From NCBI GenBank assembly GCA_052034935.1, contig JBPOIB010000001.1, positions 316,348-380,347 on the forward strand: DNA of 64,000 nucleotides, given 5' to 3'. The notes below the pieces were generated by a model. It was not told the origin of the DNA. It saw nothing but the letters and a program-made list of their open reading frames with translations, and did no database searches. The stretch's first letter is position 1. Each line of letters opens with the position of its first letter. Made by a program: the position numbers and the translations under genes. Positions 48,290 through 56,036 of this stretch are shown here, piece by piece. This stretch comes from Candidatus Moraniibacteriota bacterium (GTDB lineage Bacteria; Patescibacteriota; Minisyncoccia; Moranbacterales; UBA1568).

Positions 48290-49234
48290 TTATTTTTTCT
48301 CTTCTCCGATCTTCTCGACGGAGCGGAGTTTGGCGCTCCTCGCTCGGGGATTTTTCCCGATTTCCTCTCGTGTAGGAACAAGTGGTTTTTTTGTCACCCA
48401 GACGAGACGAGGTGTTTCCGATCGGATTTCTTTTTGGAACAGGTGTTTGACGATTGCATCTTCGCCGGAGTGGAAGGAAACAATCACGGCCCGACCGTGT
48501 GGAGCAAGTGTTTCCGGTACGGTCTTGATAAATTCTTCGAGATGTCGACCCTCGCTATTGACCGCAATCCGGAGCGCTTGGAAGACTTTCGTCGCCGGAT
48601 GTGTCTTGCCTTTCCGACGCGCCGCGGCGACATTGAACCAGACGAGCTCGCGGAGAGCAGCAGTCGTTTCAATCGACGCTTTTTTGCGGGCAATGATGAC
48701 GGCAGCGGCAATCCGTTTCGCTTCCCCCTCATCGCCGTAGGTCTCGAAGAGATCAGCGAGAGCGGCTTCGGGAAGTTGATTCAAGAGATGCCGTGCTTCG
48801 ACCCGTTCATCGGTATTGAGCCGCATATCGAGCGGACCATCGACCTGGAAGGAGATGCCCCGTTCTGGGTCAGCGAGCTGGTCGCTGGAGAGTCCGAGGT
48901 CAGCGACAATAGCATCCGCCTTGTCCCAGCCATTTTCACGGATCACCTCCATGAGACGACTGTACGGCGTCCGGATAAGCTTGAGTCGTCCGCTGGCGAG
49001 TGCCAAAGCAAGTAGTGGATCCTGATTCGCTCGCCCTCGGAAACGCTCAATCGCCTTTTCGTCCCAATCGAGCGCGATGAGTTTTCCCTCCGGTCCGATC
49101 CGTTCGAGGATCGCTCGTGTATATCCGCCTCCGCCGAGCGTCGCATCGACAACTCTCATTCCTAGCCGAAGATCGAGCGCAGTGAGAACTTCCTCGAGCA
49201 TGACGGGGACATGTTCTGTATTACCCTGTTCCAT
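48290..49234 (-). CDS. rsmH: 16S rRNA (cytosine1402-N4)-methyltransferase
   Basis: HVPVMLEEVL...VDATLGGGGY...SAM-MTase motifs; classic mraZ-rsmH order. Confidence 0.9.
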   Translation of the reverse strand: MEQGNTEHVPVMLEEVLTALDLRLGMRVVDATLGGGGYTRAILERIGPEGKLIALDWDEKAIERFRGRANQDPLLALALASGRLKLIRTPYSRLMEVIRENGWDKADAIVADLGLSSDQLADPERGISFQVDGPLDMRLNTDERVEARHLLNQLPEAALADLFETYGDEGEAKRIAAAVIIARKKASIETTAALRELVWFNVAAARRKGKTHPATKVFQALRIAVNSEGRHLEEFIKTVPETLAPHGRAVIVSFHSGEDAIVKHLFQKEIRSETPRLVWVTKKPLVPTREEIGKNPRARSAKLRSVEKIGEEKK

Positions 49235-49258
49235 ATTGTTGAGGTACGTATTCGAAAG

Positions 49259-49693
49259 CTAGTAAATACCGAGTTTGCCGAGTTCGTTGGCGATTTTTTC
49301 GGTATTTTTTTCAGCTTGGTGTTTGTATTTCTCCCACTCTTTCGTGTCCCAGATTTCGAGGCGATTGTAGAGACCGACGACGGTCACTTCTTTCGCCAGT
49401 CCGGCCTCCTTCTTCAGGTATTCCGGAATGAGAACACGGCCTTGCGCATCGAGCTCGACATCCGTTGCTCCTGCAAGCATGAGCCGGATGAAGCTTCGCG
49501 TTCCCGTCTCACCGACTGGGAGCGATCCGAGCTTTCCCGCAAGCTCCTCCCACACTTTCATCGGATAGACGAAGAGTGAACGATCGAGTCCTCGTGTCAC
49601 AACGACCCGCGCACCGAGCTCCCCGCGAAACTTCGAAGGAAGCGCCAGGCGCTTTTTGGGATCGATCGAATGTTGGTACTCGCCGATGAACAT
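49259..49693 (-). CDS. mraZ: transcriptional regulator MraZ (ORF track extends to 49741; MFIGEYQHSIDPKKRLALP is the canonical N-terminus)
   Basis: Two tandem MraZ/SpoVT-AbrB halves (DPKKRLALP... and ...DAQGRVLIPEYL). Confidence 0.88.
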   Translation of the reverse strand: MFIGEYQHSIDPKKRLALPSKFRGELGARVVVTRGLDRSLFVYPMKVWEELAGKLGSLPVGETGTRSFIRLMLAGATDVELDAQGRVLIPEYLKKEAGLAKEVTVVGLYNRLEIWDTKEWEKYKHQAEKNTEKIANELGKLGIY

Positions 49694-49741
49694 AAGCGTG
49701 GCAAAAGCGAACAGTTGGAGTGTTTTCGTGAAATTCACCAC

Positions 49742-49772
49742 ATTTCACCACTTCACTGTTCTTACTACCCAT
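49742..49772 (-). promoter_or_regulatory. candidate MraZ-box direct repeats in the mraZ promoter
   Basis: Minus strand reads GTGAAGTGGTGAAATGTGGTGAATTT: GTGGTGAA(A/T)T repeated at 10-bp phasing about 50 nt upstream of the mraZ ATG. Confidence 0.4.
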
Positions 49773-49809
49773 TTTATTCCACTTTCTGAAAAGGTGCAAA
49801 TGGCCCTCT

Positions 49810-49842
49810 AAAAAGCCAAAAACACCTCCTCACAGGTGTTCA
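49810..49842 (-). terminator. rho-independent terminator about 210 nt downstream of bcp
   Basis: Minus-strand stem AACACCTGTGAGGAGGTGTT followed by TTTGGCTTTTT. Confidence 0.55.
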
Positions 49843-50054
49843 TTTTCTTATTCGCTTTGGGAAATTCGTCTTTCACCCTATAAAAAGAAAAGAGAGGGTG
49901 CAAACGTTGTGCATCCTCATCTCGCGAGTGCCGGTCCTTCCACAGGACCAAGAATTGGGGCGTTAGAGCAATTGATGGTATGAGGAGTGGAAGGTTGGCA
50001 CCTCAAATATACACCCTTTACCGGGTGCTCTGCAAGAGTTTTGTCAAGAGTCGC

Positions 50055-50528
50055 CTACTCTTTCGCGGCACCCATGTCAGCCAGCACTTCAGCGACATGC
50101 TCAGCCGGCTTCACTGCATTATAAATTTTTGAAATCTTCCCTTTTGGATCGATGAGGAATGAGACGCGATTCGTTCCCATGTATTCGCGACCCATAAATT
50201 TCTTCTTCCCCCATACCCCGTACAGCTCGACGACTTTCTTTTCTTCATCAGCCAAAAGCGTAAACGGCAGCTCATATTTCTCCGCGAACTTCGCATGCTT
50301 CTTCGCCGAATCGGTCGAAACCCCGAGCACTGCCGCGTCCAGTTTTTTCAACACAGAGAAGTTATCCCGGAAACTACAGGCTTCGACCGTGCAGCCAGGG
50401 GTATCGTCTTTCGGGTAGAAATAGAGCACGACCCACCGTCCTCGGTACTGCTTCAATGAATGCATATCGCCATTCTGGTCAGGCAGTTTGAAATCCGGTG
50501 CCGCTTTGCCAACTATTGGTACAGACAT
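50055..50528 (-). CDS. bcp: thiol peroxidase Bcp (peroxiredoxin, AhpC/TSA family)
   Basis: Peroxidatic Cys context DDTPGCTVEAC; 157 aa. Confidence 0.9.
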   Translation of the reverse strand: MSVPIVGKAAPDFKLPDQNGDMHSLKQYRGRWVVLYFYPKDDTPGCTVEACSFRDNFSVLKKLDAAVLGVSTDSAKKHAKFAEKYELPFTLLADEEKKVVELYGVWGKKKFMGREYMGTNRVSFLIDPKGKISKIYNAVKPAEHVAEVLADMGAAKE

Positions 50529-50571
50529 ACTATTTCCGTGATAAGAAAATTGGATAGGATTAATTCTAACA

Positions 50572-50620
50572 CAAATGAAAAAGCCCGAGACGCTGCACTT
50601 GCGCGCTTTGTCTCGGGCTT
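50572..50620 (-). terminator. rho-independent terminator after the small ORF 50649..50831
   Basis: Stem GCCCGAGAC (50583-50591) / GTCTCGGGC (50610-50618), then TTTTTCATTT on the minus strand. Confidence 0.55.
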
Positions 50621-50648
50621 CACAGTCTTGTCAGCGTTGCTGATTCGA

Positions 50649-50831
50649 CTAATTGGTGACCACTGACTCCTCGGCCGACTGCCCAGACGACTCTTCGCCT
50701 GGAACGTTCACCGCTTCTACCGAATCACCCAAAGGCCGGTGATAGGTCAGGTAGTGGCGAGCCATGCGCATGACCACCGCACGATGATGGGAGAAACCGC
50801 TCGTTGGCGGCGTTTGCTGTGCATCTGCCAT
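50649..50831 (-). CDS. hypothetical small protein (60 aa)
   Basis: ATG at 50831 with AGGA about 13 nt upstream; stop followed within 30 nt by a strong terminator; sequence MADAQQTPPTSGFSHHRAVVMRMARHYLTYHRPLGD..., no family recognised. Confidence 0.4.
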   Translation of the reverse strand: MADAQQTPPTSGFSHHRAVVMRMARHYLTYHRPLGDSVEAVNVPGEESSGQSAEESVVTN

Positions 50832-50956
50832 GTGTAACGAAAATCCTTATTGTGAAGTTACGGAATACCCTTGCCTCGCTGTTGTCTCGACGAACGAAGC
50901 GGAGATAGTGTATCAGGAAATAATGGTTCCGTCAACTTTCGATTAGAAAAAGCTAT

Positions 50957-50985
50957 TTGACACCAAAAAAGAGGCTGTTTATACT
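50957..50985 (+). promoter_or_regulatory. canonical sigma70-type promoter TTGACA-N17-TATACT
   Basis: TTGACA 50957-50962, 17-nt spacer, TATACT 50980-50985; the predicted TSS at about 50992 coincides with an ATG. Confidence 0.6.
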
Positions 50986-50991
50986 GGGCCC

Positions 50992-51096
50992 ATGGAAACA
51001 TATCGGTCCATGTTTATGCGTTTTATCTGTTCCCTCTCCTTTTGGGAGAAGGGAGACCGATTTGTTTTTGCTCTTGAACGTATCCGCCGAAGATAA
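50992..51096 (+). CDS. putative leaderless 34-codon leader peptide ORF (Phe-rich)
   Basis: ATG exactly at the predicted TSS; encodes METYRSMFMRFICSLSFWEKGDRFVFALERIRRR (5 Phe, 1 Trp); spans hairpin 1 and the antiterminator strand. Confidence 0.3.
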   Translation: METYRSMFMRFICSLSFWEKGDRFVFALERIRRR

Positions 51097-51150
51097 GGCA
51101 CCTCGATAGCAGAAAGAAGCCGGTCTCCCAATGGAACCGGTTTTTTGTTC
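51031..51150 (+). promoter_or_regulatory. attenuator-like leader: anti-antiterminator hairpin, 9-bp long-range antiterminator pairing, and terminator hairpin with U-tract
   Basis: Hairpin TCCCTCTCC(51031-39)/GGAGAAGGGA(51045-54); GGGAGACCG (51051-59) is the exact reverse complement of CGGTCTCCC (51121-29), which forms the 5' arm of the terminator CCGGT(51120-24)...ACCGG(51136-40)+TTTTTT(51141-46). Confidence 0.45.
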
Positions 51151-51179
51151 GCTAACAACCTATCGCAAGGAGTAGCATT

Positions 51180-51371
51180 ATGCTCGAAGGAGCCGATTTT
51201 CACGACCTTCGGATGATGGAGATGGGGCCGTTCCACACCCAAAGAACTCCTGTCATTCGACCAGAAGATACCCAAACTCGTTCTACGGAACCACTCTCGA
51301 AAGCGGCTCCTCCTGGTCCGGAGAAAAAGGAAGTGCTTATTTTCCCAAGTCTTTGGGATCAGGGCGACTGA
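51180..51371 (+). CDS. hypothetical small protein (63 aa) downstream of the attenuator-like leader
   Basis: AAGGAG 8 nt upstream of the ATG; followed by hairpin GACGCC...GGCGTC + T-run (51395-51432). Confidence 0.5.
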   Translation: MLEGADFHDLRMMEMGPFHTQRTPVIRPEDTQTRSTEPLSKAAPPGPEKKEVLIFPSLWDQGD

Positions 51372-51394
51372 TCAATCGTCAGCACCACTCTCGG

Positions 51395-51432
51395 CCGGTA
51401 CCAAACACAGACGCCAACGAAATCGAGGGCGT
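51395..51432. terminator. terminator hairpin between convergent small ORF (+) and rarA (-)
   Basis: GACGCC-aacgaaatcgag-GGCGTC followed by TTTACTTTATCCCAAATATTTTTTTT. Confidence 0.5.
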
Positions 51433-51434
51433 CT

Positions 51435-52655
51435 TTACTTTATCCCAAATATTTTTTTTCCTTGTAGCCTCTTCGGAAGATATTCTTGCGTCGCCTCCGT
51501 CGCATCCTTGAAATCAGGCGTATACTTGTACCCTTCACCGTATCCAAGAGACTTCATCAGCTTCGTCGGAGCATTGCGGAGATGGAGCGGTACCGGTTCG
51601 TTCGGATATTTGGCAATATCTTGCTTCACTTGGCCGTAAGCCATGTAGAGTGCATTCGATTTCTTCGACTGCGCAAGATAGACCACGGCCTGGGCGAGGT
51701 TGACTTCGCACTCCGGCATCCCGATGAATTGGCATGCTTGATACGCTGCAACTGCCTGTGGGAGCGCGAACGAATTCCCCATCCCGACGTCTTCGGAGGC
51801 GAAACGGACTAATCGACGAGCGATATAGAGCGGGTCTTCACCAGCTTCGAGCATCCGTCCAAGCCAGTAGAGGCTCGCATCAGCATCCCCGCCGCGCATC
51901 GATTTATGAAGAGCCGAGATGATAGTATAGTGTTCCTCCCCGTCTTTGTCGTAGAGGAGGTGTGATCGCTCAACAATTGCTTCGACGATCTTCACGGTAA
52001 TCTTCTTTCCGAAGCTCGCGCACGCCTCGAGGATATTGTAAGCCGCCCGAGCATCGCCGCCGGAAATCGCCGCGATAAAGTGAAGTGCTTCTGGATCCGC
52101 CTTGGCACGTTTTGTCTTCAATTCCTCATCTTGTTCCAGCGCTTGGGATAAAAGCGTCTCGATATTTTCTGGAGCGTGTCGTTCCAGAACAAGCACCCGA
52201 GTCCGCGAAAGGAGGGCCGCGTTTACTTCGAAGCTCGGATTTTCGGTCGTCGCACCGATGAGTGTCACCGTCCCATTTTCAACATGCGGCAAGAGTGCGT
52301 CTTGCTGCGACTTGTTCCAACGGTGAATCTCATCAATGAAAAGAATAGTCCGCGCGCCGAGCCGCTGTGTCGCTTTGGCTGCTTCGACGACTTGGAGCAG
52401 ATCTTTCTTCCCGCTTTCAACACCGGAAAGAGAAATAAAGTGCGAGCGTGTTTCGGCTGCAATCAGGCGCGCCAGAGTCGTCTTGCCGCTTCCCGGCGGT
52501 CCCCAGAATAAAAGCGAGGGCACGCGATCTTCCTCTATTGCCTGACGGAGAAATGAACCCTCGCCGAGAACTTTTTTCTGTCCCAGAAAATCAGCCAACA
52601 TCTTCGGTCTCATCCGTTCGGCGAGCGGCACCAGCGGTTCTGTTTCAGTCGGCAT
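51435..52655 (-). CDS. rarA: replication-associated recombination protein A (RarA/MgsA AAA+ ATPase; ORF track extends to 52844)
   Basis: Walker [10 protein letters not shown], Walker [10 protein letters not shown], sensor and C-terminal MgsA helical domain; Met at 52655 gives N-terminus [17 protein letters not shown] typical of RarA. Confidence 0.88.
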   Translation of the reverse strand: MPTETEPLVPLAERMRPKMLADFLGQKKVLGEGSFLRQAIEEDRVPSLLFWGPPGSGKTTLARLIAAETRSHFISLSGVESGKKDLLQVVEAAKATQRLGARTILFIDEIHRWNKSQQDALLPHVENGTVTLIGATTENPSFEVNAALLSRTRVLVLERHAPENIETLLSQALEQDEELKTKRAKADPEALHFIAAISGGDARAAYNILEACASFGKKITVKIVEAIVERSHLLYDKDGEEHYTIISALHKSMRGGDADASLYWLGRMLEAGEDPLYIARRLVRFASEDVGMGNSFALPQAVAAYQACQFIGMPECEVNLAQAVVYLAQSKKSNALYMAYGQVKQDIAKYPNEPVPLHLRNAPTKLMKSLGYGEGYKYTPDFKDATEATQEYLPKRLQGKKIFGIK

Positions 52656-52660
52656 AAAGG

Positions 52661-53464
52661 CTAATTCGAACCGTCTGCATCCGAAAAAACAAGCGAGAGT
52701 CCGACCGGACAGTGGTCCGATCCGATAATGTCTGAGAGCACAATCGACTCTTTCACATTCGGCATGAGAAGCGGATCGACGAAGAAATAATCGATCCGCC
52801 AGCCGACGTTGCGCTCGCGCGAACGGGTCTTCATATCCCACCAAGTATAGGCGACCTCTTTCGGATGGAGATGGCGGAAAACGTCAACGAAGCCCTCTTT
52901 AACCAGACTATCAATCCAAGCGCGCTCCATGGGCATGAAACCTGAAGTTTTTTCATTCTCTTTCGGCCGGGCCAGATCGATTTCCTGATGCGCTGTGTTC
53001 ACATCGCCGCAGACAACGATTTTCTTTCCCTGCTTCTTCAAGTGGAGGAGGTAGTGCAGGAATTCTTCATAGAACTGCATCTTGTACTGAAGCCGGAGAT
53101 CACCCGATCCGCCGTTTGGGAAATAGACATTGAGGAGGGTGAAGTGACGGAATTCCATTTCGATCACCCGACCTTCTCGAGAGAGAAGATTGTCGCCGAA
53201 AAAAGTCTTTACGGAAAAAGGACGTTTTTTCGTATAGATACCGACGCCGCTGTAACCCTTCTTTTCGGTCGAGCAGTTGAAATAGCTGGTATAGCCGTCC
53301 GGATTCCGGAGATCTTCCGATAACTGATCCGGGTCGCTGATTTTGGTTTCTTGGACCGCCACGATCGGAAACTTCCCCTGCTGCATCCAGGCGATGAAGT
53401 CTTTCTTGCCGGCCGAGCGAAGGCCGTTTACGTTCCAGGAGATGAGGGTATATTGCTCTTGCAT
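52661..53464 (-). CDS. xth: exodeoxyribonuclease III
   Basis: MQEQYTLISWNVNGLRS... EEP-family motifs (...GDVNTAHQEID..., ...SDHCPV...). Confidence 0.9.
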   Translation of the reverse strand: MQEQYTLISWNVNGLRSAGKKDFIAWMQQGKFPIVAVQETKISDPDQLSEDLRNPDGYTSYFNCSTEKKGYSGVGIYTKKRPFSVKTFFGDNLLSREGRVIEMEFRHFTLLNVYFPNGGSGDLRLQYKMQFYEEFLHYLLHLKKQGKKIVVCGDVNTAHQEIDLARPKENEKTSGFMPMERAWIDSLVKEGFVDVFRHLHPKEVAYTWWDMKTRSRERNVGWRIDYFFVDPLLMPNVKESIVLSDIIGSDHCPVGLSLVFSDADGSN

Positions 53465-53499
53465 AGGCTCGGATATGCCTTATCCTAGCATTGTTTCAA

Positions 53500-53545
53500 G
53501 GCGAAAAAAAGAAGACCGCCCGGACTCGAAGAGTCTTGGGCGGCG
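53500..53545 (-). terminator. rho-independent terminator after the 43-aa membrane peptide gene
   Basis: Stem CCGCCC/GGGCGG followed by TCTTCTTTTTTTC on the minus strand. Confidence 0.5.
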
Positions 53546-53567
53546 AACGACATCGTGGAGAAGCGGT

Positions 53568-53699
53568 TCAATCCACTTCACTTCCGGGTGTGCCGGCATC
53601 AGCGCACCACAGACGGCCAGTGCCGGTGTGGGGGCGGAACATGAGCCAGAGGACGACTGCAATCACGGCGGCGAGGGATAGATATCCGGCGATTTCCAT
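53568..53699 (-). CDS. hypothetical 43-aa single-TM membrane peptide (below the ORF-track size cutoff)
   Basis: Own translation: MEIAGYLSLAAVIAVVLWLMFRPHTGTGRLWCADAGTPGSEVD; GGAGA 6 nt upstream of the ATG; dedicated promoter and terminator. Confidence 0.45.
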   Translation of the reverse strand: MEIAGYLSLAAVIAVVLWLMFRPHTGTGRLWCADAGTPGSEVD

Positions 53700-53751
53700 G
53701 TGAGTCTCCAAGGGACAAGCGCAGCCAAGACCACCTCAGCTACTTGAAAAC

Positions 53752-53781
53752 ATTATACACCTAAAATTCTTTTTCGTCAAT
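53752..53781 (-). promoter_or_regulatory. sigma70-type promoter TTGACG-N17-TATAAT driving the 43-aa peptide gene
   Basis: Minus strand TTGACG (53781-53776), 17-nt spacer, TATAAT (53757-53752) with TG immediately upstream. Confidence 0.55.
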
Positions 53782-53801
53782 ACCAAAGTACTGACTGGCA
53801 A

Positions 53802-54998
53802 TCAAGATTGTTTTGGTTGCTTTTCCATTTTTGAATCGATGAGATGGCCACGGCCCGAAAGCTTGAGCACAAGATGGTCCAGTTCGGTAAAACGCCGTTT
53901 CTTCTCGTGGATATCGATTTCCTCTTTTATTTTCAAAGCCGCCGTCCCAGGGCGAGGTGAATACCAAGCGATGAAGGCCTTGGAAAATTTCACTCGTCGC
54001 GCGATATCGAGCGTCTCTTCAAAATCCTCCCTGGTTTCGCCCGGGAAACCAACGATGATATCGGTCGTAAATTCGACATCCGGAACCTTGGCCCGAATCC
54101 GATCAATGAGCGCAAGATATTCGTCTCGGGTATACCAACGGTTCATCGCCTTGATGATTTTATCGCTCCCCGCCTGGATTGGAAGATGAAGCAGGCGATC
54201 GATATTTGGATGCTTCGCGATTACCTCGATGAGCTCGTCGGAAAAATCCCACGGATTCGCTGAGAGAAACATCACCTTCTCGACGCCGGGAATTTCTGCG
54301 ACCGCTTCGAGGAGATGCGGGAAGAGCGTCGGGATACGGTGCCGACCAAGATGTTTGACCATCACCGGTTTCACTTTCTTTCCTTCCGGCAACTCGTATT
54401 CCGAACCATCCTTTATTTTTTCTATCAGGAAATCAGCCCCGTACGAATTTACGTTCTGACCAAGCAGCATAATCTCGGTCTTTCCAGACCTGACTGCCTC
54501 ATGTGCTTCATGAAGGATTTCCCCGAACACCCGAGATCGCTCTTTGCCGCGCGAAAACGGAACGATACAGAACGCACAGTAGTTATTGCAGCCGTTCGAA
54601 ATCACAATCGAAGCCATCTTGCCACCCGCTCGTTTCGGCGCGTGCTCGAACCCGACGTCTTCCATCGGCAGAAATTCCTCGTTCGGAAGACGCGATTTCA
54701 TCCGCTTCATGAGCTTACCCGACGGTTCTCGCGCCGCTGCCCCAACCAAACAACCAGTGACGACGATATGGAGATCCTCCGGCCCACGCCCGGCTTTCTC
54801 ACGGAGATTCTGAACAAGACCGTAAACCTTCTCCTCGGCTCGGTCGCGGACGATGCATGTATTTACGACAAGCGTGTCTGCATCATCAAGGCTCGTCGCC
54901 AGCTCAAAGCCACGCGCTTCGTATTGGCTCGCAATCCGCTCCGAATCAGCCGTATTCTGCTGGCAGCCGAAGGTTTGGATGAGGTATTTTTTGGACAT
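53802..54998 (-). CDS. radical-SAM methylthiotransferase of the MiaB/RimO/MtaB family
   Basis: N-terminal MTTase domain (KYLIQTFGCQQNTADSE), radical SAM CNNYCAFC, C-terminal TRAM-like domain; 398 aa. Confidence 0.82.
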   Translation of the reverse strand: MSKKYLIQTFGCQQNTADSERIASQYEARGFELATSLDDADTLVVNTCIVRDRAEEKVYGLVQNLREKAGRGPEDLHIVVTGCLVGAAAREPSGKLMKRMKSRLPNEEFLPMEDVGFEHAPKRAGGKMASIVISNGCNNYCAFCIVPFSRGKERSRVFGEILHEAHEAVRSGKTEIMLLGQNVNSYGADFLIEKIKDGSEYELPEGKKVKPVMVKHLGRHRIPTLFPHLLEAVAEIPGVEKVMFLSANPWDFSDELIEVIAKHPNIDRLLHLPIQAGSDKIIKAMNRWYTRDEYLALIDRIRAKVPDVEFTTDIIVGFPGETREDFEETLDIARRVKFSKAFIAWYSPRPGTAALKIKEEIDIHEKKRRFTELDHLVLKLSGRGHLIDSKMEKQPKQS

Positions 54999-55037
54999 AG
55001 TAGAGCTAGGACAGGATACCGGGGATGAGGAGATAAA

Positions 55038-56027
55038 TCAACGCTCAGCAAATTCAGTTTGGCCATTCGTTTTAAGGAGAATCGGAAGTTCGGCGAACGT
55101 GATGCGCTTCGTCGATAAATCAAACACCGCTCGAATTACCAGCCCAGACTGTGTCTCGGGACGGAAATACTGGTCGAAGATAAGATTGCCAAGCGAGTAA
55201 TAGATCCGTTTCCCGCGATACTCCTCAGTCGCTTGGACGACATGTGGATGCGAACCGATAACGAGATCTGCTCCCGAGTCTACGAATTCATGTCCCAGGA
55301 CTCTCATCTCTCGGGTCGCTTCAACGTATTCTTTTCCCCAGTGGGCGTAAACGACGATAAAATCGGTCTGATCTTTCACGAGAGCAATATCCTCAATCAC
55401 TTTCTCACGACCGCGCCAGATGAACTCATTGTAGTTCACGAACCCGATTCTGATACTAGAGATGGTTCGAATATGGACGCGCTCATCAGTAGAAAGTGGT
55501 GAACCAAAATAATCGACCCCGGCCTGTTCCAAAGATTCCTTGGTCTGACGGACACCATCGTGTTTGAAATTCAGGATATGATTATTCCCGATATTCACGA
55601 GACTGATATTTTCCTGCTTCAAAAGGCCAGCCGTTTCAACCGGAAAGGTAAAGGTATAGTTATTCCTCGACCCCTCGACACTTGCTTCGCTCACCGAGGG
55701 CATATCAGTAATCGGCCCCTCGAGATTCGCTACGACCAGATCAGCCTTCTGAAATTCCGGTCGCAGTCCGTCAAAAACAAAAGTTCCGCCGTGCTTATCT
55801 ATAACATCGCGGATATAGCGATCAAACTGCATATCGCCGCCGAAAAGAATAGTAGCTTTTGATAGCGGAAGGGATGGCTCGCGGCTCTCAAGTTGTGACC
55901 TCTGCCCAAAAAGCTCACTGTTTTTTGGCTGAGGTGTTTGGTTCATTCGCAAGAATAGCCAGCCAGCGAGAATAATCGCCACAATACCGACAATGGCCGC
56001 TAGGAAAAAACGTGGAGGAAGATACAT
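55038..56027 (-). CDS. CapA/PgsA-family metallophosphoesterase (membrane-anchored)
   Basis: N-terminal TM; CapA motifs ...ANLEGPIT..., ...VVYAHWGKEY..., ...DLVIGSHPHVVQ... Confidence 0.72.
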   Translation of the reverse strand: MYLPPRFFLAAIVGIVAIILAGWLFLRMNQTPQPKNSELFGQRSQLESREPSLPLSKATILFGGDMQFDRYIRDVIDKHGGTFVFDGLRPEFQKADLVVANLEGPITDMPSVSEASVEGSRNNYTFTFPVETAGLLKQENISLVNIGNNHILNFKHDGVRQTKESLEQAGVDYFGSPLSTDERVHIRTISSIRIGFVNYNEFIWRGREKVIEDIALVKDQTDFIVVYAHWGKEYVEATREMRVLGHEFVDSGADLVIGSHPHVVQATEEYRGKRIYYSLGNLIFDQYFRPETQSGLVIRAVFDLSTKRITFAELPILLKTNGQTEFAER

Positions 56028-56036
56028 ACTGGTGGA

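Noticed and set aside
48029-49015. 328-aa ORF on the plus strand
   Set aside because: Antisense to ftsL/rsmH.
49860-50054. Searched the bcp 3' region and other intergenic gaps for tRNA, tmRNA or SRP RNA
   Set aside because: No T-loop (GTTCGAATC/GGTTCAAATCC-like) or SRP domain IV (GGAAGGAAGCAGC) motifs were found by eye in any gap. Only covariance-model scans can exclude small RNAs.
54315-55028. 237-aa ORF on the plus strand
   Set aside because: Antisense to the MiaB-family gene.
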